Below are positions 30,201-39,494 of a stretch of DNA of 64,000 bases, piece by piece. The position numbers and the translations under genes are program-made. Position 1 is the stretch's first letter, and each line of letters opens with the position of its first letter. The notes beneath the pieces are model-generated. The model ran no database searches, had not been told where the DNA came from, and saw only the letters and a list, made by a program, of their open reading frames with translations. This DNA is from Myxococcales bacterium (GTDB lineage Bacteria; Myxococcota_A; Polyangia; Polyangiales; DASUME01), in NCBI GenBank assembly GCA_047601445.1, contig JASGJH010000001.1:3456001-3520000 (forward strand), in the 5' to 3' direction.

Positions 30201-31904
30201 TCATTCCGCCGGTGCGGCCACGTCGCCACGCGTGAGCATGGGCTCGCGCTTGCGACCGAACGCCGCCGCCAACATCTCCTTGAGCACGCGACGCTTGATG
30301 GCCTTGTTCGTTAGCGCCGCGTCTTGCCACCACCAGCCGTCTTGCTGCATGGCCCGCGCGGCCGCGCAGAAGCGCTCCGCGAAGCGCGCGAAGTCTTGCT
30401 CGGAGTAGTTGAGGCTAAAGATCAGACGGCCCGTGCCGACCCAGCTCAGCGCCACGCCCTCGGCCCGCAGATAGTACTGGAACATCCAGTTGTAGCGAGA
30501 AGGCCGCGTGTAGCTCACGGTCCAGATGGTCGAGAGGTTTTGCACCTCCACGGGCAGGTCATCGGCCTTGAGCCGCGCGTTGAGCTGCGCCGCCCTTCCG
30601 TTCCACAACGCGTCCAAGTTCTCGTACATGCCGCTCAACGCGGGGTCCTCGAGCCGCGTCAGGAACTCGTGCATGGCCCCCATCACGTAGGGATGGGAGT
30701 TGAAGGTGCCACGGGCGAAGCAGATGTCGGCCGGGCGGTCGTCGCGGAAGCGCTTCATCAGCTCGTGCCGTCCGCATACCACGCCCACCGGGAAGCCCCC
30801 GCCCAGCGTCTTGCCGTAGGTCACCATGTCGGCCTTCACGCCGAAGTACTCCTGGGCTCCGCCCAGCGCGAGCCGGAAGCCCACGAAGACCTCGTCGAAG
30901 ATCAGCACGATGCCACGCTGCGTGCAGACCTCGCGCACCTCCTTGAGCCATGCCGTGTAGGCCTCGCGGTCGAAGTGCGCGCTGCGCCCGCTGTCGAGCA
31001 GCGCCGAGTCCCCCGGCGCGGCGCCGTTGGGGTGGAGGCCCTGCAAGGGGTTCACCAGCACGCACGCGATGTCCTTGCGCGTCCGCAGCACCCGCAGCGT
31101 GTCCTCGCTCATGTCCTTGAGCGTGTAGGTCTCGCGCGCGACCGTGGGGTTGCCAGGACCTGGCTGCACGTCGCCCCACCAACCGTGGTAGGCGCCGCAA
31201 AAGCGCACCAGGTGCGTGCGCTTGGTGTGATAGCGCGCGAGCCGCACGGCCTGCATCACGGCCTCCGTGCCCGACATGTGAAAAGACACTTCGTCGAGGC
31301 CCGAGATCTCCCGCAGGCGCTTGACGTTGTAGGCCATCACCGGGTGATACGAGCCGAGCACCGGACCCAGCTGCTGAGCCTTCTCGACGCCGCGCTGCAT
31401 GCACTCCTTGTAGAAGTCATAGCCGAACACGTTGACGCCGTAGGAGCCCGCCACGTCGAGGAGCTCGTTGCCGTCCAGGTCCTTCAGCGTGACCCCGGAA
31501 GAGGCCGCCAAGAAGGAACCCGCCTTGAGATGCTTGCGCACCAGACGACGATACTGAAAGGGAACGCGGTAATTGGCAGTGAACTGCATGTCCGAGACGC
31601 TGCCCTCGATCTCGGCCGTGGCTTCCACGGTGTCGGCGAAGCGCTCGCGGTACAGCACGCTCAGACGCTCGAAGCCCTCACGTCGTTGTTGGCCGACCGC
31701 CTCCGGTGCGCCGTCGGAGCGAAAGAACTCTTGTTCGTCGTACTCGTAGAAAGGCACGAGACGCGCGAAGCGGCTGGCCATCTTGGAGTGTCCGCGCAGC
31801 GATGGGTGCTTGGCCTTGGACAGCTGCAAACGCGTGCGCACCTTGGAGAGCCCCACGACCGAGGCCCCCCCGAGCAGAGCGTAGTAAAGAGCTAGCGATG
31901 TCAC
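30201..31904 (-). CDS. Class-III PLP aminotransferase (glutamate-semialdehyde aminomutase-like, N-terminally extended)
   Basis: AGGAGG RBS before GTG 31904; DLDGN, SGTEAVMQAVRLAR, YHGW, LIFDEVFVGFR, PLP lysine TYGKTLGGGFPVG, GTFNSHP; hydrophobic N-terminus. Confidence 0.88.
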   Translation of the reverse strand: MTSLALYYALLGGASVVGLSKVRTRLQLSKAKHPSLRGHSKMASRFARLVPFYEYDEQEFFRSDGAPEAVGQQRREGFERLSVLYRERFADTVEATAEIEGSVSDMQFTANYRVPFQYRRLVRKHLKAGSFLAASSGVTLKDLDGNELLDVAGSYGVNVFGYDFYKECMQRGVEKAQQLGPVLGSYHPVMAYNVKRLREISGLDEVSFHMSGTEAVMQAVRLARYHTKRTHLVRFCGAYHGWWGDVQPGPGNPTVARETYTLKDMSEDTLRVLRTRKDIACVLVNPLQGLHPNGAAPGDSALLDSGRSAHFDREAYTAWLKEVREVCTQRGIVLIFDEVFVGFRLALGGAQEYFGVKADMVTYGKTLGGGFPVGVVCGRHELMKRFRDDRPADICFARGTFNSHPYVMGAMHEFLTRLEDPALSGMYENLDALWNGRAAQLNARLKADDLPVEVQNLSTIWTVSYTRPSRYNWMFQYYLRAEGVALSWVGTGRLIFSLNYSEQDFARFAERFCAAARAMQQDGWWWQDAALTNKAIKRRVLKEMLAAAFGRKREPMLTRGDVAAPAE

Positions 31905-31914
31905 GGAGTTCCTC

Positions 31915-32928
31915 CTAACGACCCGGCTGTCGAAGCGCGCCCTCGGGCGCGCGAGCGGAAAACAGAGGCATGCGCAGGAGCGGTTGGCCCATGCGGATAG
32001 CGTAGCCCTCGCGGATCGGGTCACACAGGGTAAAGCCCTTGGGCGCGAACACGATGATGGTCGAGCCGTGCTCGAACCAGCCCATCTCCTCGCCCTTTCC
32101 ATAACGCGCGTCGCAGTGGAAGATGTCCGGCCCCTTGTGCGCGAGATGCAAGAGGACGTCGAGGCAGTGCAGCCGAATGCTCGCCACCAGGATGGCCGCC
32201 ACCGGCACCAACGTGAGCACATGCTCTTGGGTGCCCTGACGCACGGTCGTACGCAGGATGGCGCGCTCGTTCTTACAGTAGAGCTTGGCTACCCGTTCGA
32301 GCGTGATGAAGTTGGTGTTCCAGGTGTCGCCCGACTTGTAGTTCACCTGCTTCACGCTGAGATCGTAGGGAGCGTGAAAGCGGTGGTACATGGACGAGGT
32401 GAGGCGCAAGGTCACGTAGGTTCCGTCGCGGTAGAGATCCACAAGGCTTTGTTCACCCAGCAGATCCATCAGCGTGTAACCCATGCCCTTGGCCTGGATC
32501 AGGTTGACGCCGTCGATGCGACCGTGCCCCGCGACGAGTCCGTCGCAGGGGCTCACCAGCAAGCTGGGGTCGCTCTCGATGGGGCGCGCCCCGGGCTTGA
32601 GCTGGCGCACGAACAGGTCGTGCATGCTCTTGAACTCGCTCTTCTTGGCGTCACTCAGGTCGAGATCGGTGAACAACTTCCAGGTGGCGATCGAGAGATC
32701 ACGGATCAAAGGCTGCTCGAGCTTGCTGAACCAGCCCATGAAGCGCGTGGCGAAACGCCGCGAGATCACGCGATTGGTGAGCACGTAGTTGAGCTCTGCC
32801 TGCTGACCCAGGCGCTGGAACCACGCCCGAAGGCCGACGCCCGCGGGCATTTCGCCCGCAGCGTCCACACTGGATCGATGCGACCCGTCCGACCTGTGCT
32901 CTAACGCGACCTCACTCAGCGGGGACAT
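31915..32928 (-). CDS. psd: Phosphatidylserine decarboxylase proenzyme
   Basis: F.RQLKPGARPI, VSPCDG, QAKG..Y, YHRFHAP, NER, KGEEMGWFEHGSTII self-cleavage site. Start uncertain (32928 or 32850). Confidence 0.88.
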   Translation of the reverse strand: MSPLSEVALEHRSDGSHRSSVDAAGEMPAGVGLRAWFQRLGQQAELNYVLTNRVISRRFATRFMGWFSKLEQPLIRDLSIATWKLFTDLDLSDAKKSEFKSMHDLFVRQLKPGARPIESDPSLLVSPCDGLVAGHGRIDGVNLIQAKGMGYTLMDLLGEQSLVDLYRDGTYVTLRLTSSMYHRFHAPYDLSVKQVNYKSGDTWNTNFITLERVAKLYCKNERAILRTTVRQGTQEHVLTLVPVAAILVASIRLHCLDVLLHLAHKGPDIFHCDARYGKGEEMGWFEHGSTIIVFAPKGFTLCDPIREGYAIRMGQPLLRMPLFSARAPEGALRQPGR

Positions 32929-34015
32929 CGGAGCTCGCGTGCTCGACGGCCATCGCGGAACGCGCTTCGGCCAGGCTTGGAGTCGCTGCCGGCAGCAGCT
33001 TGACCATCGGCACCAGGTTTCGTCGGAACTGGTTGTGGCTGGCGATGAAGGTGTAAGGCTCGGTGCTCTGGCGGGCCTTCTCACGCGTGCAGCGCAGCGC
33101 GATCATGCAGGCGTCGAGCAGATTCTCGCTGACAGCGCCGTTGACGCCGTTCTGAATGAGATCGATGGGCCCAGGCGCGGGCACGGAGGCCACCGGCACG
33201 CCCGAGGCGAGGGACTCGAGGATCACGTTGCCGAAGGTCTCGGTGCGCGACGGAAACACGAAGCAGTCGGCGCTGGCGAAGTGCGCCGCCAGGTCTTCGT
33301 CGAAACGCCAGCCGCGGAACACGACCTGGGGATACTTCTTCACCAGCATCTCGCGTGAGGGGCCGTCGCCCACCACCACCTTGGTACCCGGCAGCTTGAG
33401 GTTCAGAAAATCCTCGATGCTCTTCTCGGGCGACACGCGGCCGACGTAGAGCCAGATCGGTCCCGCCAGGCCTTCGTAAACTTCCTGCCTGCGCTTCGAG
33501 GGGTTGAACCGCTGCGTGTCCACGCCGCGGGGCCAGTGCACCAGGTGTTGCCCCACGCGATGTCCGTCGAGCTCCCGCATGAGCGACTTGGTGCCCACGA
33601 AGGTGTGCTCGGCCGCGCGATGGAACCAGCGCTCGAGCTTGTAGCCAAAGGAGACGGGGATCGGGAAACGCGCGGCCATGTACTCGGGGAAGCGCGTGTG
33701 AAAGCTGCTGGTGAAGCGAAAGCCACGGCGGCGCATGTAGCCGTTGACCCAGAAGCCGAGCGGCCCCTCCGTCGCGATGTGGACGGCGTCGGGCTTGAAG
33801 GCACGAATGCGCGGAATGGAGCGCCAGGGATTGATCGCGATCCTGTAGTCGGGATCGCCAGGCAGCGGGATCGTGCGATAGCCGTCGGGCGTAACGAGCA
33901 GGACCTCCGTGCCCTGTGACTCCAGGTATTTGGTCAGGCGCGCAAGGGTGTTCACGACGCCGTTGGTTTGCGGATGCCATGCATCCGTCACGAGAGCCAG
34001 ACGCTTTGCGATCAT
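32912..34015 (-). CDS. GT4-family glycosyltransferase
   Basis: VTDAWHPQTNGVV, HIATEGPLG, SFHTRFPEY, WPRGVD, LYVGRVSPEK, FPSRTETFGNVILESLASGVPV. Confidence 0.92.
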   Translation of the reverse strand: MIAKRLALVTDAWHPQTNGVVNTLARLTKYLESQGTEVLLVTPDGYRTIPLPGDPDYRIAINPWRSIPRIRAFKPDAVHIATEGPLGFWVNGYMRRRGFRFTSSFHTRFPEYMAARFPIPVSFGYKLERWFHRAAEHTFVGTKSLMRELDGHRVGQHLVHWPRGVDTQRFNPSKRRQEVYEGLAGPIWLYVGRVSPEKSIEDFLNLKLPGTKVVVGDGPSREMLVKKYPQVVFRGWRFDEDLAAHFASADCFVFPSRTETFGNVILESLASGVPVASVPAPGPIDLIQNGVNGAVSENLLDACMIALRCTREKARQSTEPYTFIASHNQFRRNLVPMVKLLPAATPSLAEARSAMAVEHASSDVPAE

Positions 34016-34200
34016 GTTCGCGAGGTTGTCGCGCACTTCACGCACAAACTGATCACGACTTCGCAAACCCTGTGTGACGAGCTTGATCCACACGTCGGGT
34101 GTGCGCGTCACATGCGTGCTGCCCGCAAAAATAAGGCGTTTGTGACGGATCGCGCACGAGTCTGGGAAGACTGCGAGAAAGCGGCTAAAGTTCCGGTGCC

Positions 34201-34758
34201 TTGGCGCGTCATTGGCTCCGCATCGTCCTGTTACTATCCGTGCTCGCCGCGGCGATCTGGCTGATGTACGCGAGCCGTGACGGCCAGTTCGAGCTGACCA
34301 CCCTGCGTGATCGACTGCGTGCGGCGGGCGCGCTGAGCGGCGTCTTGTTCGTGGTCTCCTTTGCGTGTCTGCAGCCGATGGGCCTGCCTGGACACCTGTT
34401 CGCCATCGGCGCGAGCATGATTTGGCCGCCCGCCTCGGCCATCGCGCTGTCGTTGCTGGGCGCCGTCCTGGGACAAACGCTGTGGTTTCTGATCTATCGT
34501 TACATCGCCCACGACTGGGCCCAGGCGCGTCTCCCACCCTGGCTACGGCGCTTCGAGCAGGCGCTGAGCGACAAGCCCTGGCGCACCATCATCGTGTTGC
34601 GCCTCCTGATGTTCACCTCGCCGTTGAGTCCCGCCATCCTCGGGGTCTCGCGCGTGAGGGTCGCGCCCATGATCCTGGCCAGCGCCATCGGCCTCACACC
34701 CACGCTGGTCCTCGACGTTTGGTTGGGCGTAAGCCTGGTGAACTGGCTATGGCACTAG
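34201..34758 (+). CDS. VTT-domain (TVP38/TMEM64/DedA) membrane protein
   Basis: TM helices with LPG, FLIYRY..D, LRLL...P...ILGVSRV...ASAIGL.P pattern. Confidence 0.8.
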   Translation: MARHWLRIVLLLSVLAAAIWLMYASRDGQFELTTLRDRLRAAGALSGVLFVVSFACLQPMGLPGHLFAIGASMIWPPASAIALSLLGAVLGQTLWFLIYRYIAHDWAQARLPPWLRRFEQALSDKPWRTIIVLRLLMFTSPLSPAILGVSRVRVAPMILASAIGLTPTLVLDVWLGVSLVNWLWH

Positions 34759-34803
34759 TCCGGGAAGTCGCGCGACCTCCCTCGCTCACGTCTTGTTTTC
34801 GCC

Positions 34804-36135
34804 TCACAACGGGCGCACGTGGCGGGGACCGCGCCAGAGCACGGTGCTGACCAGGCCCACGGCCACCACGCTGAGGCCCGCCGCGTAGCCGTACCAAATG
34901 CCCGCGATGCCCAGGGAGGTCCGTAGGCCCAGGTAGTACGCGAGCGGAATGCCGAGCGCGAAGTAGCCCACCAGGTTCAAGACCGCGGTCACGCGTGGGC
35001 GTCCCATGCCGCGCAGCACGCCGCCGCTGACGGTCTGGAGACCGTCCATGACCTGGAACGTGCCCGCGATGGGCAGCACGCTCGCCGCGAGCTGCACGGT
35101 GGCGTGGTCGTCCGTATAGAAGCGCGGCAGGGACGCGCGCGCGAGGATGAAAAGGGTCGCCGAGAAAGCCGCGTGACACAGCGCGAGCTTGAGCGCCGCC
35201 TGCGCCGCCAACTGCGCAGCCGCAGGCTCGCGCGCTCCGATGAGCTGTCCGACGCGCGACGAGCTCGCGATCCCGAGCCCCAGCGGGACCATGAAGGAGA
35301 TCGAGGAGAGGTTGAGTGCCACGCCGTGGGCCGAAAGCGGAAGCGGACCGAGCCGCCCCGCCAAGAGTGTACCGATTTGAAAGGCCCACATCTCGAGCGC
35401 CAGGGTTACGCCGAGCGGAGCGCCCAAGGCGAGCTGGCGCCACAACGCACGTACATCGAACACGCCGCGCAGCATGGCGCCCCGGTCCTTGGCCGCCGCG
35501 TTGCGCTCGAGCTTGATCATGAGCGCCAGCAGGAGCATCGACAGGAGCCGCGTGAGTCCCGTGGCCAGCCCGCCGCCCCAGATGCCCCAGGCCGGAAGAC
35601 CGAAGCGCCCGAAGATCAGCGCGTAGGCCACCACTGCATTGAAAACGTTGGCCAGCACCATGGCGATGAGCCCGGGCCGCACCACGCCACGCGCCGTGAA
35701 GTACGTGCTGAGTCCGTGGTAGATCAGCAGACAGGGCACCGAGAAGAGTTGCACCCGCGTGTACATGCCTGCCAACTGCGCGAGCTGCGGATCCTGGCCG
35801 AACAGGAGCAGCCCCTGCTCCGCATGGGCCCAGGCGAAACACACCGGCAAGGCCAACGCGCACGCGATCATGACGGCACGCCGCAGCGCGAGGCGCGCCT
35901 GCTCGTGCAACCCCGCTCCGTGGGCCTGGCTGACCAGCGGATCGAGCCCCATCACCACGCCGGCGAGCGGTAAGACCGTGCCGAACTGCCACAGGTTGCC
36001 CAGGGTCACGGCGCCCAGCGCCTTGGTGCTCAGGTGCCCCGCCAGGGCCGCATCCACCACGCCCAGCAACATTTGTCCTAGCTGAGCGAGCACGATGGGA
36101 CCCGCCAACCTCAACAGCCGTCGAAACTCCGACAT
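34804..36135 (-). CDS. MATE-family efflux transporter
   Basis: LAGPIVLAQL...VD, LDPLVSQAHGA, LIFGRFGLPAWG..G, LGAPLG, RVGQLIGA, FQVMDGLQ...GVLRGMG. Confidence 0.93.
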   Translation of the reverse strand: MSEFRRLLRLAGPIVLAQLGQMLLGVVDAALAGHLSTKALGAVTLGNLWQFGTVLPLAGVVMGLDPLVSQAHGAGLHEQARLALRRAVMIACALALPVCFAWAHAEQGLLLFGQDPQLAQLAGMYTRVQLFSVPCLLIYHGLSTYFTARGVVRPGLIAMVLANVFNAVVAYALIFGRFGLPAWGIWGGGLATGLTRLLSMLLLALMIKLERNAAAKDRGAMLRGVFDVRALWRQLALGAPLGVTLALEMWAFQIGTLLAGRLGPLPLSAHGVALNLSSISFMVPLGLGIASSSRVGQLIGAREPAAAQLAAQAALKLALCHAAFSATLFILARASLPRFYTDDHATVQLAASVLPIAGTFQVMDGLQTVSGGVLRGMGRPRVTAVLNLVGYFALGIPLAYYLGLRTSLGIAGIWYGYAAGLSVVAVGLVSTVLWRGPRHVRPL

Positions 36136-36186
36136 GGACCTGCGAAAGCTAGCAAGTCCGCGCGCGCGAGCACTCGGACCGTGCGA

Positions 36187-36840
36187 TCAGGGTGAGGCGT
36201 CGGTGCCGGCTCGGCCCGCGTCACCGAGGCTCGCATCCCCCGCGTCACCGAGGGCGGCGTCGGGCAGCTCGGTGGAGGCATCGCTCACGTCGCCGAGCGG
36301 CGCTCCCGCGAGGATCCACTGGCGAATCTGCTCCTGCTCGTCGGGCGACAGCATCTTCATTCCGGAGCTCGCAGGCGGCATGCGCGTTCCGCACGGCGTG
36401 GTCGCGCTGACCTTGAGGTAGAGCACGCTGTGCTCGGGATCTCCGGGCGCCACCCGCAACAGCGTGCTTTCGCGGCAGGTGGGGCGCCCATCGGCCGGAA
36501 TGCTGACGCCGGTGCGTTGCCCCACCAGCTGCGCATAGGCCACTTCGATGGAGGCGGAGAGGTCCAGATCTCCCCACTGGCCGCTGTTGCCGTGACAATA
36601 GAAGTTGGCGCAACCCGCGTGGCAGAAGATGTCGCGATACACCGAGGTGAAGGTGGCTTCGTGGGTGGGCGGCCGCTGGAACAAGCAGGGGAAGGTGTAG
36701 ACGAGCCCGCCGTCGCTCTTGGGGGCCTCTGGCACGGACACGCTGGCGTCGCTCGTGCGCCGCTCCTCGGGTGACGTAGGGTCGTCGCCGCAGGCGCTCA
36801 GACAGACCCAGGTCGCGAGGAGGAGCCAGCGACGGAGCAT
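36187..36840 (-). CDS. Lipoprotein with cytochrome c-like domain (CX4CH), paralogue of 18866-19660
   Basis: Lipobox LSAC; TFTSVY...CANFYCH; RVAPGDPEHSVLYLKV...CGTRMP...IRQWILAGA; DA-rich tail. Confidence 0.7.
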   Translation of the reverse strand: MLRRWLLLATWVCLSACGDDPTSPEERRTSDASVSVPEAPKSDGGLVYTFPCLFQRPPTHEATFTSVYRDIFCHAGCANFYCHGNSGQWGDLDLSASIEVAYAQLVGQRTGVSIPADGRPTCRESTLLRVAPGDPEHSVLYLKVSATTPCGTRMPPASSGMKMLSPDEQEQIRQWILAGAPLGDVSDASTELPDAALGDAGDASLGDAGRAGTDASP

Positions 36841-36842
36841 GG

Positions 36843-38360
36843 CTAGGCAAGCTCGGTGGTGAGCCACTCTGCCATGCGCTCGGCCATCATGAGCGTGGGC
36901 AAGTGAATGTTGCTGGACGGCACCGTGGGCATCAGGCTCGCGTCCACCACGAACAGTCCCTCCACGCCGAACACCTTGCCGTGGCCGTCGACGGCTGCAT
37001 CGGGGCCTGGCCGCGCGCCCATGGGCACCGTACCGCAAGGGTGATAGCCCGAGTCACACAGGCGCGGGATGGCGAAATCGAGCAGGCGGTCCCTTCGCAG
37101 CACGCCGGGCCAGGGCAGCACGGGGCGCCCGAGGGCCGAGAGCGCCTTGGTCTGCAGCAGATCGAAGCAGCGCTGGAGCGCTTTGCGGGCGAGTTCGCGG
37201 TCCTGGGGGTCCTCGAAGAAGTGCGAGCGGATCTGGGGCCGGCTCTTGGGATCGGCGTCGAGGTAGCGGATTTGCCCGACGCCGCGCGGCTTCCCCACCT
37301 GGGTCACCATGCCGAACATGTTGACCTTGCGCTTGAGCATCGTGAACGAGGCCGGCTGCAGCAGCATGTCCGCCCGGTGATTGCACAGGCCGGAGGAGTA
37401 GCGGAACACGGTCTGGATGATGGGGGCCTCGTGGTCGACCTTGAAGCCACCCCGCGGTGCCACGAAGATGCCCGTGCCCGGATGGTCGAGCAGCTTGCGC
37501 GCCACCGCAGGCGCATCGACCACCACCTCGCACTGGAGGCGGCGCAGCTCGGCGTCGGGTCCCACCCCCGAGCGCAGCAGCACGCCCGGCGTATTCACGG
37601 CGCCCGCGCACAAGATCACGTGCTTGGCCTCGATGCGGCGCACCCCGCTTGGGTCCTCCACCTCCACCGCCACCGCGCGCCGGTTCTCGAACAGCACGCG
37701 GCGCACCAGGGTGAGCGGACGGATAGTCAGGTTAGGCCGTGCGCGCACCGCAGGTGTGAGGAAAGCCTCTGCGGCGCTGATGCGGCGGCCGTTGATCTTG
37801 TTCATGGCGTGGGGACCGTAGCCGGCCTCCCCGGGCGCGTTGCTATCGGCACAGTACGGGTAGCCGAGCTCGGCGCAGCCCTCCATGAAGGCCGCCTGGA
37901 TCGGCACCAGCTCTTCGGGCTTGTGGCGACGGATGGGGAGCGGCCCGTCGCGCCCGTGGGCCGGGTCCGCGCCGAAGTCGAGGTCGCTCTCGAGCCTGCG
38001 AAAGGCGGGTAAGCAGCGCTCGAAGCTCCAGTCAGGCAGGCCGAGATCGGCCCACTCGTCGAAGTCCTCGGGCTGTCCGCGCAGAGCGATGCAGGTGTTC
38101 ACCGCGGAGGAGCCCCCGACCACGCGCCCGCGCGGCAATGGGAACTCGAAGCTGCTCTCGCTCGGGCGATGGCGATAGCCCCAGTCGTGCCGGATCATGG
38201 AGTTGCGGCGACCGTCGATGAGGTCGGGGGGCAAGTCGGCGGCCTGGTAGTCGGGCCCCGCCTCTAGCAGGAGCACGTCGTGGCTTCCCTGGGCACTCAA
38301 GCGATGAGCCAACACGGCGCCGCTCGAACCGGCCCCCACGATCACAATCGGTCGAGACAT
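36843..38360 (-). CDS. GMC-family FAD oxidoreductase
   Basis: IVGAGSSG, LLEAGPD, RGRVVGGSSAVN, CAGAVNTP..LLRSGVG, YHPCGT, VVDASLMP...N..LPT. Confidence 0.93.
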   Translation of the reverse strand: MSRPIVIVGAGSSGAVLAHRLSAQGSHDVLLLEAGPDYQAADLPPDLIDGRRNSMIRHDWGYRHRPSESSFEFPLPRGRVVGGSSAVNTCIALRGQPEDFDEWADLGLPDWSFERCLPAFRRLESDLDFGADPAHGRDGPLPIRRHKPEELVPIQAAFMEGCAELGYPYCADSNAPGEAGYGPHAMNKINGRRISAAEAFLTPAVRARPNLTIRPLTLVRRVLFENRRAVAVEVEDPSGVRRIEAKHVILCAGAVNTPGVLLRSGVGPDAELRRLQCEVVVDAPAVARKLLDHPGTGIFVAPRGGFKVDHEAPIIQTVFRYSSGLCNHRADMLLQPASFTMLKRKVNMFGMVTQVGKPRGVGQIRYLDADPKSRPQIRSHFFEDPQDRELARKALQRCFDLLQTKALSALGRPVLPWPGVLRRDRLLDFAIPRLCDSGYHPCGTVPMGARPGPDAAVDGHGKVFGVEGLFVVDASLMPTVPSSNIHLPTLMMAERMAEWLTTELA

Positions 38361-38393
38361 GGACGAAGCATAGGCCGGGGTGGACTCCGGACG

Positions 38394-39281
38394 CTACTTG
38401 AGGACACCGGCGCGGTCGGGTTGCGGTACGGGCAGGGCCGCCTCGCCCAGGGCGTCGCGCAGGTTGCGCTCGATGCCCATCGACATGGCGTGCAGCGGCA
38501 GCGCGCTCGGGACGTTCGTGAAGGGATCCTCCAGGGCCCGGCCGACCTCACTGACCAGCTTGAAGGCCAGGCACACCAGGATGGCGACCGGCATGGCGAA
38601 CCAGTGCAGGTCATCCACGATGGCCAGCGGCAACATCACTGCGTACGTGCGGATGAGGATCTCGGCGATGAAGCCGTAGCCCGGCGGAAAAGGCGTGTTC
38701 TTGATGCGCTCGCAGCCACCCTGCACGTCGTAGAAGACGGCGATGGTCTGGTCGATGCTCTGCAGGCGTCGGTCGTCGAGCTGACCAGACTGCGCGAGTC
38801 CGGCCAGCTCCACCAGCAGCTGCCGCAGCAGGACCGTGGTGCCGGGGGCGCTGGTGCTCTGGTCCGCGGCCAACCGCTTGAGATCCTCGTCGGCGTCGAG
38901 CGGCGTTCCCCGCAGCTCGCAGCGCAACAGGTGTGCGTAGCGGATCAGCGACAAGATCAAGCGGCGCCGCAGCGGCTCGTGCTGATCACCGGGGAGGTAG
39001 GCCATGATCTCGGCGGTCAGGTGGCGACTCGAGTTGGTCAGCTGGCCCCAGAGCTTGCGCGCTTCCCACCAGCGGTCGTAGGCAGAATTCGTCCGAAAGC
39101 CGACGTAGATACCAATGGCGGCACCGAGTACGGAGACCGGCACGTCCGGCAACACGCCCGCCACTTCCCCCGTCAGTTCCTCGGCGATCACGACCGCGAC
39201 CGACAGCAGGGCGAACTTGATGATGTTGGCCTTTTGCCAGAGCAGGATTTGAAACAACGATTGCGATCTGGCGGTCAACAT
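38394..39281 (-). CDS. Bestrophin-family (YneE-like) channel
   Basis: GFRTNSAYDRWWEARKLWG, GGCERIKNTPFP, LEDPF. Confidence 0.92.
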   Translation of the reverse strand: MLTARSQSLFQILLWQKANIIKFALLSVAVVIAEELTGEVAGVLPDVPVSVLGAAIGIYVGFRTNSAYDRWWEARKLWGQLTNSSRHLTAEIMAYLPGDQHEPLRRRLILSLIRYAHLLRCELRGTPLDADEDLKRLAADQSTSAPGTTVLLRQLLVELAGLAQSGQLDDRRLQSIDQTIAVFYDVQGGCERIKNTPFPPGYGFIAEILIRTYAVMLPLAIVDDLHWFAMPVAILVCLAFKLVSEVGRALEDPFTNVPSALPLHAMSMGIERNLRDALGEAALPVPQPDRAGVLK

Positions 39282-39494
39282 GGGGCAGAAGCTAGTGCGC
39301 TCGGGGGGACCATACCACACGTCACCCGGGCGCCACCCACGAGCGATCCGTCGACAGCATATCGAGCCCATTTTTGCCGATGATTTTGACGTTCACGCAC
39401 AACCTAATACCTTGCCCCTAGGTCCCCTATCTTGCGACCCTCACGGGGAGCACGCGCCGCGTGTCCCACGCCCCAACACAGCTCACGGATGTCC

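Noticed and set aside
30201..31904. Naming the aminotransferase hemL
   Set aside because: It is much longer than HemL, has a hydrophobic N-terminus and sits in a lipid-gene context; function unproven.
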